Below the pieces are notes generated by a model that worked only from the letters and a program-made list of their open reading frames with translations, ran no database searches and was not told the origin of the DNA. Made by a program: the position numbers and the translations under genes. DNA of 64,000 nt, taken from NCBI GenBank assembly GCA_030390025.1, contig JASTWF010000033.1, forward strand, positions 6,202,001-6,266,000, in the 5' to 3' direction. Source of the DNA: Squalus acanthias. Taxonomy: Eukaryota. Of this stretch, positions 1-11,004 are shown piece after piece (positions within the stretch are counted from its first letter, which is position 1; each line of letters begins with the position of its first letter).

Positions 1-1272
1 GATGCCCAGTTTGGGTTCCACCAAGACCACTCGGCTCCCGACCTCATTACAGCCTTCGTCCAAAATGGACAAAGGAGGTGAATTCCAGAGGTGAGGTGAG
101 AGTGACTGCCCTGGACATCAAGGCAACATTTAACCGAGTCTGACATCAAGGAGCCCGAGTAAAACAGAAGTCAATCGGAATCAGGGGGAAAACGTTCCTC
201 TGGCTGCAGTCATACCTAGCACAAAGGAAGATGGTTGTGGTGGTTGAAGGTCAATCAGCGCAGCCCAAGGACATCGCTGCAGGAGTTCCTCAGGGCAGTG
301 TCCTAGGCCCAAACATCTTCAGCTGCTTCATCAATGAACTTCCCTCCAACATAAGGTCAGAAATGGGGAAGTTCGCTGATGACTGTACAGTGTTCAGCGC
401 CATTCACAACTCCACAGACAATGAAGTCCATACCTGCATGCAACAAGACCTGGAGACGTTTTGGCTTGAGCGGATAAGTGGCAGGTAACATTCGCGCCAC
501 AGAAGTGCCAGGCAATAACTATCCCCAACAAGCGAGAGTCTAACCATCGCCCCTTGAGATTCAATGGCATGAGCATTGCCGAATCCCCCACCATCAACAT
601 CCTGGGGGGTCACCATTGACCAGAAACTTAACTGGACCAGCTACGTAGATATTGTGGCAACAACAGCAGGTCAGAGGCTGGGTATTCTGCGGCGAGTGTC
701 TCACCTCCTGACTCCCCAAAGCCTTTCTACCATCTACAAGGCAAAAGTAAGGAGTGTGATGGAATACTCGCCACTTGATTGGATGAGTGCTGCTCCAACA
801 ACACCCAAGAAGATCGACATCATCCAGGAGAAAGCAGCCCGCTTGATCGGCAGCCCATCCACCACCTTAAATATTCACTCCCTCCAGCACAAGCGTACCG
901 TGGCTGCAGAGTGTACCATCTACAAGATGCACTGCAGCAACTCGCCAAGGCTTCTTCGCAGCATCTCCTAAACCTGGGACCTCTTCCACCTAGAAGGACA
1001 AGGGTAGCAGGTGCATGGGAACACCACCACCTCCAAGTTCCCCTCCAAGTCACACACCATCCTGACTTGGAAGTATGTCGCCCATCCTTCATCGTCGCTG
1101 GGTCGAAATCCCAGAACTCCCTTCCTAACAGCACTATGGGAGTACCTTCACCACACGGACTGCAGCGGTTCAAGAAGGCGGCTCACCACCACCTTCTCAA
1201 GGACAATTGGGGATGGACAATAAATCACGGCCCTGCCAGCGACGCCAGATGCCATTAGCGAATAAAAAAAAT
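1..1272 (+). mobile_element. 3' part of a decayed non-LTR retrotransposon (CR1/L2-group LINE, 'family A'): RT C-terminal half and 3' tail
   Basis: RT motifs [10 protein letters not shown] and FADD (231-488); LSTIYKAKVRSVMEY (576-971); stops and frameshifts; ends in AATAAAAAAAA at 1261-1272. Same family as 9919-11004 and 14964-15808. Confidence 0.85.
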
Positions 1273-1549
1273 GTTTTATGTGATGGACAATGGAGGCATG
1301 AACATGGAAAAGTATGCCAGATGAGAATATATCGAATGCTTTGGGAAGGTGAATGATGGACAAGGAAGTGTTGCACACCATGGTCACAGTCACAGTCACA
1401 GAGATTGTAGTTTGTGACTGTTCAGGGCAGATTAGAGTTACATCGAAACTGCAGCAGAGAAACAGTACATTCGGCTCAAGTGGTCTTTGCTGTGTTTATA
1501 CTCCACGGGAGCCTCCTCCCACTCTAATTACATTTTTACACCGTGTCCA

Positions 1550-4500
1550 CATATACCAAATGCTCAGCTATTACATCCTTTATAATGGACTCTAGCATTT
1601 TCCCCACTACCGATGTCAGGCTTACCGGTCTGTATTTCCCCGCTTTCTCTCTACTACCCTTTTTGAATAGTGGGGTAACATTAGCTACCCTCCAATCCAT
1701 GGGTACAGTTCCAGATTCCATTGAATGTTGGAAGATGATCAGCAATGCATCTACTATTTCTAGGGCCACTTCCTTAAGTACCCTATGATGTAGATTATCA
1801 GGCCCTGGGGATTTATCGGCCTTCAATACCGTCAATTTCCCTAACACCATTTCCCTGCAAATGCTGATTTCTTTCAGTTCCTCCCTTTCATCAGACCGTA
1901 TGTTCTCCAACATCTCTGGGAGGTTATTTGTGTCCTCCTTTGTGAAGACAGAACCAAAATATGCATTTAATTGGGCTGCTATTTCTTTGTTCCCCATTAT
2001 ATCTTCACCCGCTTCTGACTGCAAGGGACCTACACTTGATTTCACTAATCTTTTTCTCTTCACATATCTATAAAAGCTCTTACAATCAGTTTTTATGTTC
2101 CCAGCAAGCTTGCTTTCATATTCTATTTTCCCCTTCTTAATTAATCCCTTTGTCCTCCTTTGTTGAATCCTAAACTGCTCCCAATCCTCAGGGCTACCGC
2201 TTTTTCTGGCCAATTAATATGCCCTCTCCTTGGATCTTATGCTATCCCTAATTTCCCTTGTTAGCCACGGTTGACTCGCCCTTTTTGTTTTATTCTTATG
2301 CCACACTGGGATGTACAAATTCTGTAGTTCATCCATGCAGTCTTTGAATGTTTGCCATTGCCTATCCACCGTCAACCCCTTGAGTGACATTCCCCAATCA
2401 ATCCTACCCAATTCGCGCCTCATACCATCGTAGTTTCCTTTATTTAAATTCAGGACCCTAGTCTCTGATTCAACTACTTCACTCTCCATCCTAATGAAGA
2501 ATTCTATCATATTATGATCACTCTGACCCAAGGGGCCTCGTACAACAAGATTGCTAATTAATCCTTTCTCGTTGCATAATACCCAGTCTAAGATGGCCTG
2601 ATCTCTGGTTGGTTCCTCGACATATTGTTCCAGAAAACCATCTCGTAAACATTCTAGGAATTCCTCCTCCACAGTATTTTTACTAATTTGGTTAGCCCAA
2701 TCTATATGTAAATTAAAGTCACCCATGAAGACTGCTGTGCCCTTACTGCATGCTTCTCTAATTTCCCTTTTAATGCCGTCCCCAACCTCCGTATTACTGT
2801 TTGGAGGTCAAGATACCACTCCCACTAACGTTTTCTGCCCCTTGTTATTTCTCAGTTCTACCCATACAGATTCTGCATCATCAGAGCTAATATCCTTCCT
2901 TTCAATTGTGTTGATCCCCTCTTTAACCAGCAATGCTACCCCACCTCCCCTTCTTTTTTGCCTATCTTTCCTAAATATTGAATAACCCTGGATGTTGAGT
3001 TCCCAGCCTTGGCCACCCTGGAGCCATGTTTCTGTAATCCCAATCAAATCGTATTCATTTACCTCTATTTGCGCAGCTAATTCATCCACCTTGTTCCAAA
3101 TGCTCCTTGCATTAAGACACAAAGCCTTGAGGCTTGTTCTTTTAACGCTCTCAGACCTATATGAATTATTATTTACTGTGATCATATTTGATTTAAACCG
3201 TTGAGTTCTTCGCCTTCTACTTTTGTTTTTCTCCTTCCTGTCTTTATCTTTTATCCTTATCTCCCTTTCCTCTGTCTCCCTGCTCAGGTTCCCAACTCCC
3301 TGCCACTTTAGATTAAACCCTCCCCAACAGCACTAGCAAACACTCCCCCTAGGACATCGGTTCCGGCCCTGCCCAGGTGCAGACCGTCCCGTTTGTACTG
3401 GTGCCACCTCCCCCAGAACCGGTTCCAATGTCCAAGGAATTTGAATCCCTCCCGCTTGCACCATTCCTCTAGCCACGTATTCATTTGAAATATCCTCCTA
3501 TTTCTACTGGTAGAAATCCTGAGATTACTACCATTGAGGTCCTCTTTTTTAATTTGCCTCCTAACTCCCTATATTCTGCTTTAAGGACCTCATCCCGTTT
3601 TTTACCTACATCGTTGATGCCTATGTGCACCACGACAACTGGCTGTTCGCCCTCCCCCTCCAAAGTGTTCAGTAGCCGCTCCGAGACGTCCTTGACCCTT
3701 GCACCAGGGAGGCAACACACCATCCTGGAGTCTCGATTGCGGACGCAGAAACGCCTATCTATTCCACTTACAATTGAATCCCCTATCACTATAGCTCTTC
3801 CACACTTTTTCCTCCCAGCCTGTGCAGCAGAGCCACCCATGGTGCCAGGAAGTTGGCTGCTGCCGCCTTCCCCTGATAAGTCATCCCCCCCAACAGCATC
3901 CAAAGTGGTATATCTGTTTGAGAGGGGGATGGCCACAGGGGACCCCTGCACTACCTGCCTGCACCTCTTACTCTGCCTGGTGGTCACCCATTCACTTCCT
4001 GCCTGTACACCCTTTACCTGCGGTGTGACCAACTCGCTAAACGGGTTATGCACGACGTTCTCAGCGTCGCGAATGCTTCAATATGCATCCATCCGCAGCT
4101 CCAGCGCTGCAATGCGGACCGTCAGTAGCTGCAGCTGGTTACATTTCCCACACACATGGTCGACAGGGACACAGGAAGTGTCCCTGTTTTCCCACATATT
4201 GCAGGAGGAGCATATCACGGCACCGAGCTCTGCTGCCATGACTTACCCTTTAATTAATTAATTAAAATTAAACTAATTGAATCCCAACAATTTCACTTCA
4301 ATTAAATGATATACTCAAGGGCCCTTGCTTTACAGCAGTACCCACTACACCACAGAGACTCCAGAAACTATAAACCACAGAATTTAAGTTTGGAAAAAAG
4401 GAGAAAAAGAGAAATACTCACCAACCAATCACTTACCTGCTTTCTGGTGACGTCACACTTTGATTATTTTCTGCTTCTCTCTCTCCCGCTCTCGGGGCTC

Positions 4501-4583
4501 AGATTGGTAAGCCTACCTGGTCGCTGCCGCCTTTTCTCAGCTCCGCCTCGCCGCTGTTGCTCCACCCAGGTCCGCCGCCTCTG
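1550..4583 (-). mobile_element. CR1 LINE with 5' UTR, ORF1 and the 5' half of ORF2 (APE endonuclease, start of RT); 3'-truncated
   Basis: ORF2 pieces LNARSIWNK...GITETWL, MGDFN...SDHNMI and KSPGPD...YRPVSLTS, split by stops; ORF1 upstream; GC-rich 5' end with TGACGTCA near 4448. Confidence 0.9.
3308..4239 (-). pseudogene. CR1 ORF1 (CxxC/CxxC zinc finger, leucine zipper, SGNH/GDSL esterase), disrupted
   Basis: Manual translation from the ATG at 4239: MAAELGAVICSSCNMW...HVCGKCNQLQLLTVRIAALEL, an internal stop, then IVIGDSIV, CLPGARVKD and VVVHIGIND. Confidence 0.8.
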
Positions 4584-4589
4584 AAAGAA

Positions 4590-5255
4590 ATCAACTTTCT
4601 TTCATTGCTGACAGTGATTTGTGGCAATTTTGCAGGCTGGCTGTGTGTGTGTGTGTGTGTGTGTGACAGAGAGAGAGAGAGACAGCAAAAGCTGGTGTAT
4701 ATGCAGGGCTTGTCTGTGTTCAAGTTATCTGCCATGTGCATTGGTATTGTATTTCATGTCTGAAAACAACTGAAAGTATTTACCATTAGATCATACTGAT
4801 TTCATTCCAGACTGCGCTGTTGTGGGATCTTACTTTGCCTTTCTTACAAGAATTTTGTAAAAAGCAAATCTACATATATACATCAAGTCATTTGATATTT
4901 TACTGGACTGGACTTTATAGTGGAATGTTTGTGGAGTGTTTCATGGCACATCCTGCTGTGGGATCTTACTCTCCCCTTCAGCCTAACTCAAACAAGACAA
5001 GAAATTTGTTAAAGAAAATGTATATATTATATTTTATTAATGATTTTCAGAATAATCCATTTGATTTTTTCTGGACTTGGCTTTATTGGCAAATGTGCTT
5101 GGGATGTTTTCAGAGCAAAAGTTGCTGTGGGATCTTTCCATTCATTTTACTACACTCCAGGGAAACCACAGACAGGCAGACATTTAATTAACAGAAGTAA
5201 AGTATATATATTATTATTTATTCCTGATTGTATTTACTTCTTTTAACCCTCCGGG
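4590..5255. repeat. Copy 1 of a ~670-bp diverged direct duplication (copy 2 at 6362-7025)
   Basis: Colinear blocks TTCATTGCTGACAG, (GT)n(GA)n, GCAAAAGCTGGTG and ACCATTAGATCATACTGATTTCATTCCAGAC; offset about 1.77 kb; internal TGTGGGA(T/C)CT subrepeats. Confidence 0.85.
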
Positions 5256-6031
5256 CTTTCATTTCCTCTCGGGGACCCAGATTTCTGGGGCCTCGGCTTC
5301 ACTTCTTCCTGTTGGATTGTCCTCATCAAAAATGGCTGCACAACCAGGAAGTGACATCATCAAAAACTGACACTCCAGGCTGCACCCTTTCAAAATGCAT
5401 GTATGTGTGTGAGTTTCTGCAAATTGCAGAGACTATGTGAGTGTGTCTGTATGTGCGTGGGTGTCTGTGTGTCTGCAAATTGCAGAGTCTGTGTGTCATG
5501 TCACTGTGGATGGGAGGGAGAGTATGTGAGTGAGAGACAGACAGACAGATGGCCAGTGAGAGAGCGAGACATGAAATCACAAGGCAAGGTGCAGAATAGA
5601 AAGCCTGTTTCTGTAGGCCAAAAAGTTAAAAGTTAAGATACAGAAAAGAGTATTTTTGGTTTTAATTTTCCAACACGGCATTCAACCCTCTGAAGGCTGG
5701 CCAGGGTGTGTGTTTGTGTGTGTGAGTGAGAGAGAGAGAAGGAGAGAGCAAAAGCTGGTGTTTGTGTGAGATGTGGACTGCTGTCTTATTAACTGCTGTT
5801 GTTGTATTAAACCCTATTGATTTCATTCTTGACTGGTCCACATGTAATGCTGATGTGTATCACTTTATTGCACTTTATTTCACTTCACTTCACTTCAAGA
5901 CAGTCAGTGAGATTCTGAAAAATGTCTTTGTGGACCTTTGCATTCATTTTATTCCACTCTACCCAAATCAAGACAAGGCAGGCAGGCAATGAGAGAGACA
6001 AATGAAATTAAGACAACAGGCAGAATAGAAA

Positions 6032-6278
6032 TCAAAACAGAGAATGCTGGAAATACTCAGCAGGTCAGGCAGCGTATGTGGAGAGATGGAGATGCATAGT
6101 TAACATTTCAGTTCGATGACCTGTCGTCAGAACCTTGCCAGAATCTGCCAAAAGGTCATCAAGCTGAATTACCTCTGTTTCTCTCTCTCTCCACAGATGC
6201 TGCCTGACCTGCTGAGTATTTGCAATATTTTTTGTTTTAATTTCAGATTTCCAGCATCCGCAGAATTTTGCTTTTGAT
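6032..6278. mobile_element. Penelope-derived fold-back (inverted pLTR-like) short element
   Basis: Inverted arms AATACTCAGCAGGTCAGGCAGC / GCTGCCTGACCTGCTGAGTATT; degenerate hammerhead motif on the minus strand (6098-6133); flanked by GCAGAATAGAAA (6020-6031) and GCAGAATATAAA (6279-6290). Confidence 0.7.
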
Positions 6279-6361
6279 GCAGAATATAAAGCCTAATTTT
6301 GTAGGATGCAAAATGAAAAATTAAGATAAGGGAAAGTGTTTTTTTTACTATTAAACTGCCA

Positions 6362-7025
6362 AACAACTTTATTTCATTGCTGACAGCATTGTGTGGCAAT
6401 TTTGCAGACTGGCCTGTGTTTGTGTGTGTGAGAGAGAGAGACAGAGAGCAAAAGCTGGTGTGTATGCAGGGCTTGTCGGTGTTCAATTTATCTGCCGTGT
6501 GCATTGGTACTGCATCTCTTGTCTGAAAAAACAAAGTATACACCATTAGATCATACTGATTTCATTCCAGACCGCACTGCTGTGGGATCTCACTTTGCCT
6601 TTCTTGCAAGATTTGTAAAAATCAAAGCTACATATATACAAAAAGCCATTTGATTGTTTTCTGGACTTGACTTTATCGGGGAATATTTGTGGGATATGTC
6701 AGAGCATATCCTGCTGTGGGACCTTACTCGCCCATTAATTCCCAACAAAACTAAGACAAGGCAAGACTTTTGTAAAAACAAAGTATATATATGTTATATT
6801 TATTTTATTATTTTCAGAATAATTTAATTGCTGTTTTTCTGGACTGGGCTCTATTGGGGAATGTTTGTCGACTGTTTACAGAGCAAAAGCTGCTGTGGGA
6901 TCTTTCCATTCATTTTATTCCGCTTCACTCAAATCACAGAATGCAGACATTTCATTTACAAAAGTAAACAACATATGTTATGAATATTATTCTTGATTTT
7001 ATTTGCTTCTTTTCACCCTCCCTCC
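6362..7025. repeat. Copy 2 of the ~670-bp direct duplication
   Basis: Colinear with 4590-5255. Confidence 0.85.
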
Positions 7026-7044
7026 GTGCCCATATCCTGGGGCA

Positions 7045-8561
7045 TCATTCATAGTAGATGCATTGCTGGTCATCTTTCAAAATTCGATAGACTCTGGAAC
7101 AGTTCCCATGGATAGGAGGTTAGCTAATGTGACCCCGCTATTTAAAAAAGGTGGTAGAGAAAAAACGGGGAATTATAGACGGGTAAGCCTGACATCGTGG
7201 GAAAAATGATAGAGTCCAATATAAAAGATGTAATAGCAGAGCACTTGGAAAACAGTGACAGGATCGGACAAAGTCAACATGGATTTACAAAAGGTAAATC
7301 ATGCCTGATTAAACTTCTGGAATTTTTTGAGGATGCAACTGGTAGAATAGATAAGGGAGAACCAGTGGATGTGGTGTATTTGGACTTTCTGAAGACTTTC
7401 GATAAGGTCCCGCATACGAGATTAGTGTGCAAAGTTGAAGCACATGGGATTGGGGGTAAGGTACTGATTTGGATAGAGAACTGGTTGGCAGACAGGAAGC
7501 AAAGAGTTTGAATAAATGGGTCTTTTTCCGAGTGGCAGGCAGTGATTAGTGGGGTACCGCAGGGATCGGTGCTAGGACCCCAGCTATTCACAATACATAT
7601 TAATGATCTAGACGAGGGAACTAGATGTAATATCTCTAAGTTTGCAGACGACACAAAGCTGAATGGGCGCGTGTGCTGTGAGGAGGATGCAGAGAAACTC
7701 CAGTATGTTTTGGATAGGTTGGGTGATTGGTCAGATGCAGTATAATGTGGATAAATGCGAGGTTATCCACTTTGTTTGCAAAAACAGGAAGACAGATTAT
7801 TATCTGAACGGCAATAGATTGGGAAAAGGGGAAGTGCAACGAGATCTGGGAGTCTTTGTGCATCAGTCGCTGAGGGTAAGCATGCAGATGCAGCAGGCGG
7901 TTAAGAAGGCAAATGGTATGTTGGCCTTGATAGCGAGAGGATTTGAGTACAGGAGCAAGGATGTCTTCCTGCAGTTGTACTGCGCCTTGGTGAGACCACA
8001 CCTTGAGTATTGTGTGCAGATTTGTTCGCCTTATCTGAGGAAGGATGTTCTTGCCATGGAGGGATTTCAGCGAAGATTTACCAGACTGATACCTGGGATG
8101 GCAGGAATGACGTATGAAGTGAGATTGGCTCGATTAGGCTTATATTCGCTAGAGTTTAGAAGAATGAGAGGGGATCTCATTGAAACTCATAAAATTCTAA
8201 CAGGACTAGACAGACTAGATGCAGAAAGGATGTTCCCGATGGCAGGGGAGTCCAGATCCAGAGGTCACAGTCTAAGGATAAAGGGTAAGCCGTTTAGGAC
8301 TGAGATGAGGAGGCATTTCTTCTCCCAGAGAGTGATGAACCTTTGGAATTCCATACCACAGAAGGCAGTTGAGGCCAATTCATTAAATATATTCAAGAAG
8401 GAGATAGATATATTTCTTAAGGCTAAAGGGATCACGGGATATGGGGTGAAAGCAGGGACAGGGTACTGAATTTGGATGAAAAGCCACGATCTCATTAAAT
8501 GGCGGAGCAGGCTCGAGGGGCTGAATGGCCTACTCCTGCTCCTATCTTCTATGCGTCTATG
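7045..8561 (+). mobile_element. 5'-truncated CR1 LINE (RT, C-terminal domain and 3' tail)
   Basis: [25 protein letters not shown] and LVRPHLEYCVQ; CR1 tail GGCCTACTCCTGCTCCTAT...CTATG. Confidence 0.9.
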
Positions 8562-8805
8562 GGTTGACTAGGGCTTTGTACAGTTGTAGCCTTACTTCGA
8601 CCCCCTTGTATTATAGTCTTCTAGATATAAAGGCCAACATTCCATTAGCCTTTTATATTATTTCTGTTTTAATGATGTATGTGCATGGACCAGATCCCCA
8701 AGTCTCTTTGGCCCTCCATTGTTTCTAGCTTTCCACCATTTAGAAAGTACTATCCTCTTTTATCCTTTTTATGTCCAATGTGAATGACCTCACATTTGCA
8801 ACAGT
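8562..8805 (-). mobile_element. Short, old CR1 ORF2 fragment
   Basis: Similar to the KANGML / RDLG / CEVIHFG-coding segments of neighbouring CR1 copies, in antisense. Confidence 0.55.
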
Positions 8806-9644
8806 CAGGTGTCTTTTAATGGTAGGTATTTGTAACTGTTCTGGAAGTTTGTTAAGAATATTGCAGGCTCGGTCTCCCCATCAGATCCCATTGTCTACTG
8901 TCCCAATTGAACCCGGACCCTCTCTGCTGATAAGTGCTCTAATGATGGAGGCAGGAGGAACTTGAGTTGTCAAAGTGATGTTAGGCATCTCTGTTTAAGG
9001 ATAGTTACTCAAAATGAAAAAGTATTTTTGAAAAATGAAGGTTGTTCTTGTGACTAAAGAATGAGGAGCAACAATATTGATATTCTGGTCTCAATCAGTC
9101 TTCTAAATGGTGTAAAGTCGGTGTTCTGCTGAACCTTTGCAGGTCCTTCTAAAGCATATTTGGTGAGTGCCGTCTTAGTTCCTGGACACATATTGTTCCA
9201 ACTCATTGAGAACATGTCACCAGTTTGAATCAGTAACTCGTTGTTCACAGGTGAGCTACCCTCACATTCCGGTGTGAATAACAAGGAGTGGGAACAAGGT
9301 CTGAATGGAATGAAAGGCGAGGATGAACAGCCAGATCTCGGGAGTTAAAGACTTAATTCCCTGACAGTTCGGGTACAGAGAGTAAATCCATAATAAAAGC
9401 AGCAGGGATTGGAGTTTAACAGAGAGGGACATTGAGCGCAACAGCAACAAGTAATAATGCATTTGGGCAAGGCTTTGGTTCGGCCACAGTTAGAACACGA
9501 GCTGCAGCTTTGGCCGCCTCAATATAATTCAACCCAAAGATAGGCGCTCCCCAGAATGCTGTCAACCTCCTGCGGAGTCTCTCCGTTCCACTCCAGGTAC
9601 TGTAATATCCTCACTGAGTTACACAGTGCGGCTCTACTGATACC

Positions 9645-9918
9645 GGGAACGGTAGCGTAGTGGTAATGTCACTGGGCTAGTATTCCAAAGACATGGACTA
9701 ATGAGTTCAAATCCCACCACGGCAGCTGGGGAATTTAAATTCAGTTAATTAAATAAATCTGGAATAAACAGCTAGTATCAGTGAAACTATCGGATTGTCG
9801 TAAAAACCCATCTGGTTCATTAATGTCTTTTAGGGAAGGAAATCTGCTGTCCTTACCTGGTCTGGCCGATATGTGACTCCAGACCCACAGCAATGTGATT
9901 GATTCTTAACTGCCCTCA
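9645..9918 (+). mobile_element. tRNA-derived SINE-like head with Pol III A and B boxes
   Basis: A-box TAGCGTAGTGG (9653-9663) and B-box GAGTTCAAATCC (9703-9714), followed by a non-tRNA body. Confidence 0.7.
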
Positions 9919-11004
9919 GTTGTAACTTACCGCTACGGAACAAAATAATAAGAATGAAACTGGACGAACCACCCGGCATCGACCTCAGCACTGGCTCTGT
10001 ACACGGCAATGGCACACCAAGCCCATTCGACCTGCAAAGTCCTCCTCACCAACATCTGGGGACTTGTGCCAAAACTGGGAGAGGTGTCCCACAGACCAGT
10101 CAAGCAACAGCCTGACATGGTCATACTCACAGAATCATACCTTTCAGCCAATGTCCCAAACTCCTCCATCACCATCCCTGGGTATGTCCTGCCCCACCGT
10201 GGTATACAGTCTGGAAGGACTGGCCCTGGGAGTCCTCATCATTGACTCCGGGCAAGCGAAACCTCCTGCTGATTACCACCTACCGCCCTCCCTCAGCTGA
10301 TCAATCAGTACTCCGCCATGTTGAACATCACTTGGAAGAAGCACTGAGAGTAGCAAGGGCACACAATGTACTCTGGGTGGGGAACTTCAATGTCCATCAC
10401 CAAGATATGGCTCGGTAGCACCACTACTGGCCGAGTCCTGAAGGACATAACTGCCAGTCTGGACCTGCGACAGGTGGTGAGAGAACCAACATGAGGGGAA
10501 AACATACTTGACCTCGTCCTCACCATTCTACCTGTCACGGATGCATCTGTCCATGACAATATTGGTAGCAGTGACAATCGTGGAGACGAAGTCCCGTCTT
10601 CACACATGAGGACACCCTCCATCGTGTTTGGCACTACCACCGTGCTAAATGGGATATGATTCAGAACAGATCTAGCAGCTCGAAACTGGGCATCCATGAG
10701 GTGCTGTGGGGCAGCAGCAGAATTGTATTCCAACCACAATCTGTAACCTCATGGCCCGGCATATCTTTCACTCTAACATTACCATCAAGCCAGGGGACCA
10801 ACCCTGGTTCAATAAGAATTGTAGAAGACCATGCCAATAGCAGCACCAGGCGTACCTAAAAATGAGGTGCCAATATGGGGAAGCTGCAGCACAGGACTAC
10901 ATGCATGCTAAAAAGCGGAGGCAGCATTCTATAGACAGAGCTAAGCGATCCCACAATCAACGGATCTGATCAAAGCTCTGCAGTCCTGCCACATCCAGTT
11001 ATGA
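9919..11004 (+). mobile_element. Family A LINE, endonuclease region (decayed)
   Basis: APE-like motifs NIWGLVPK, PDMVILTESYL, YRPP, (G)NFNVHH, LDLVLT and GSSD across frames; broken at 11004 by a CR1 insertion. Confidence 0.75.

Noticed and set aside
3485..4261. 258-aa plus-strand ORF and similar antisense ORFs over LINEs
   Set aside because: Antisense shadows of retroelement coding sequence.
9645..9720. Functional tRNA genes here and at 46936-47000
   Set aside because: A and B boxes are present but there is no complete cloverleaf; both continue into retroposon bodies.
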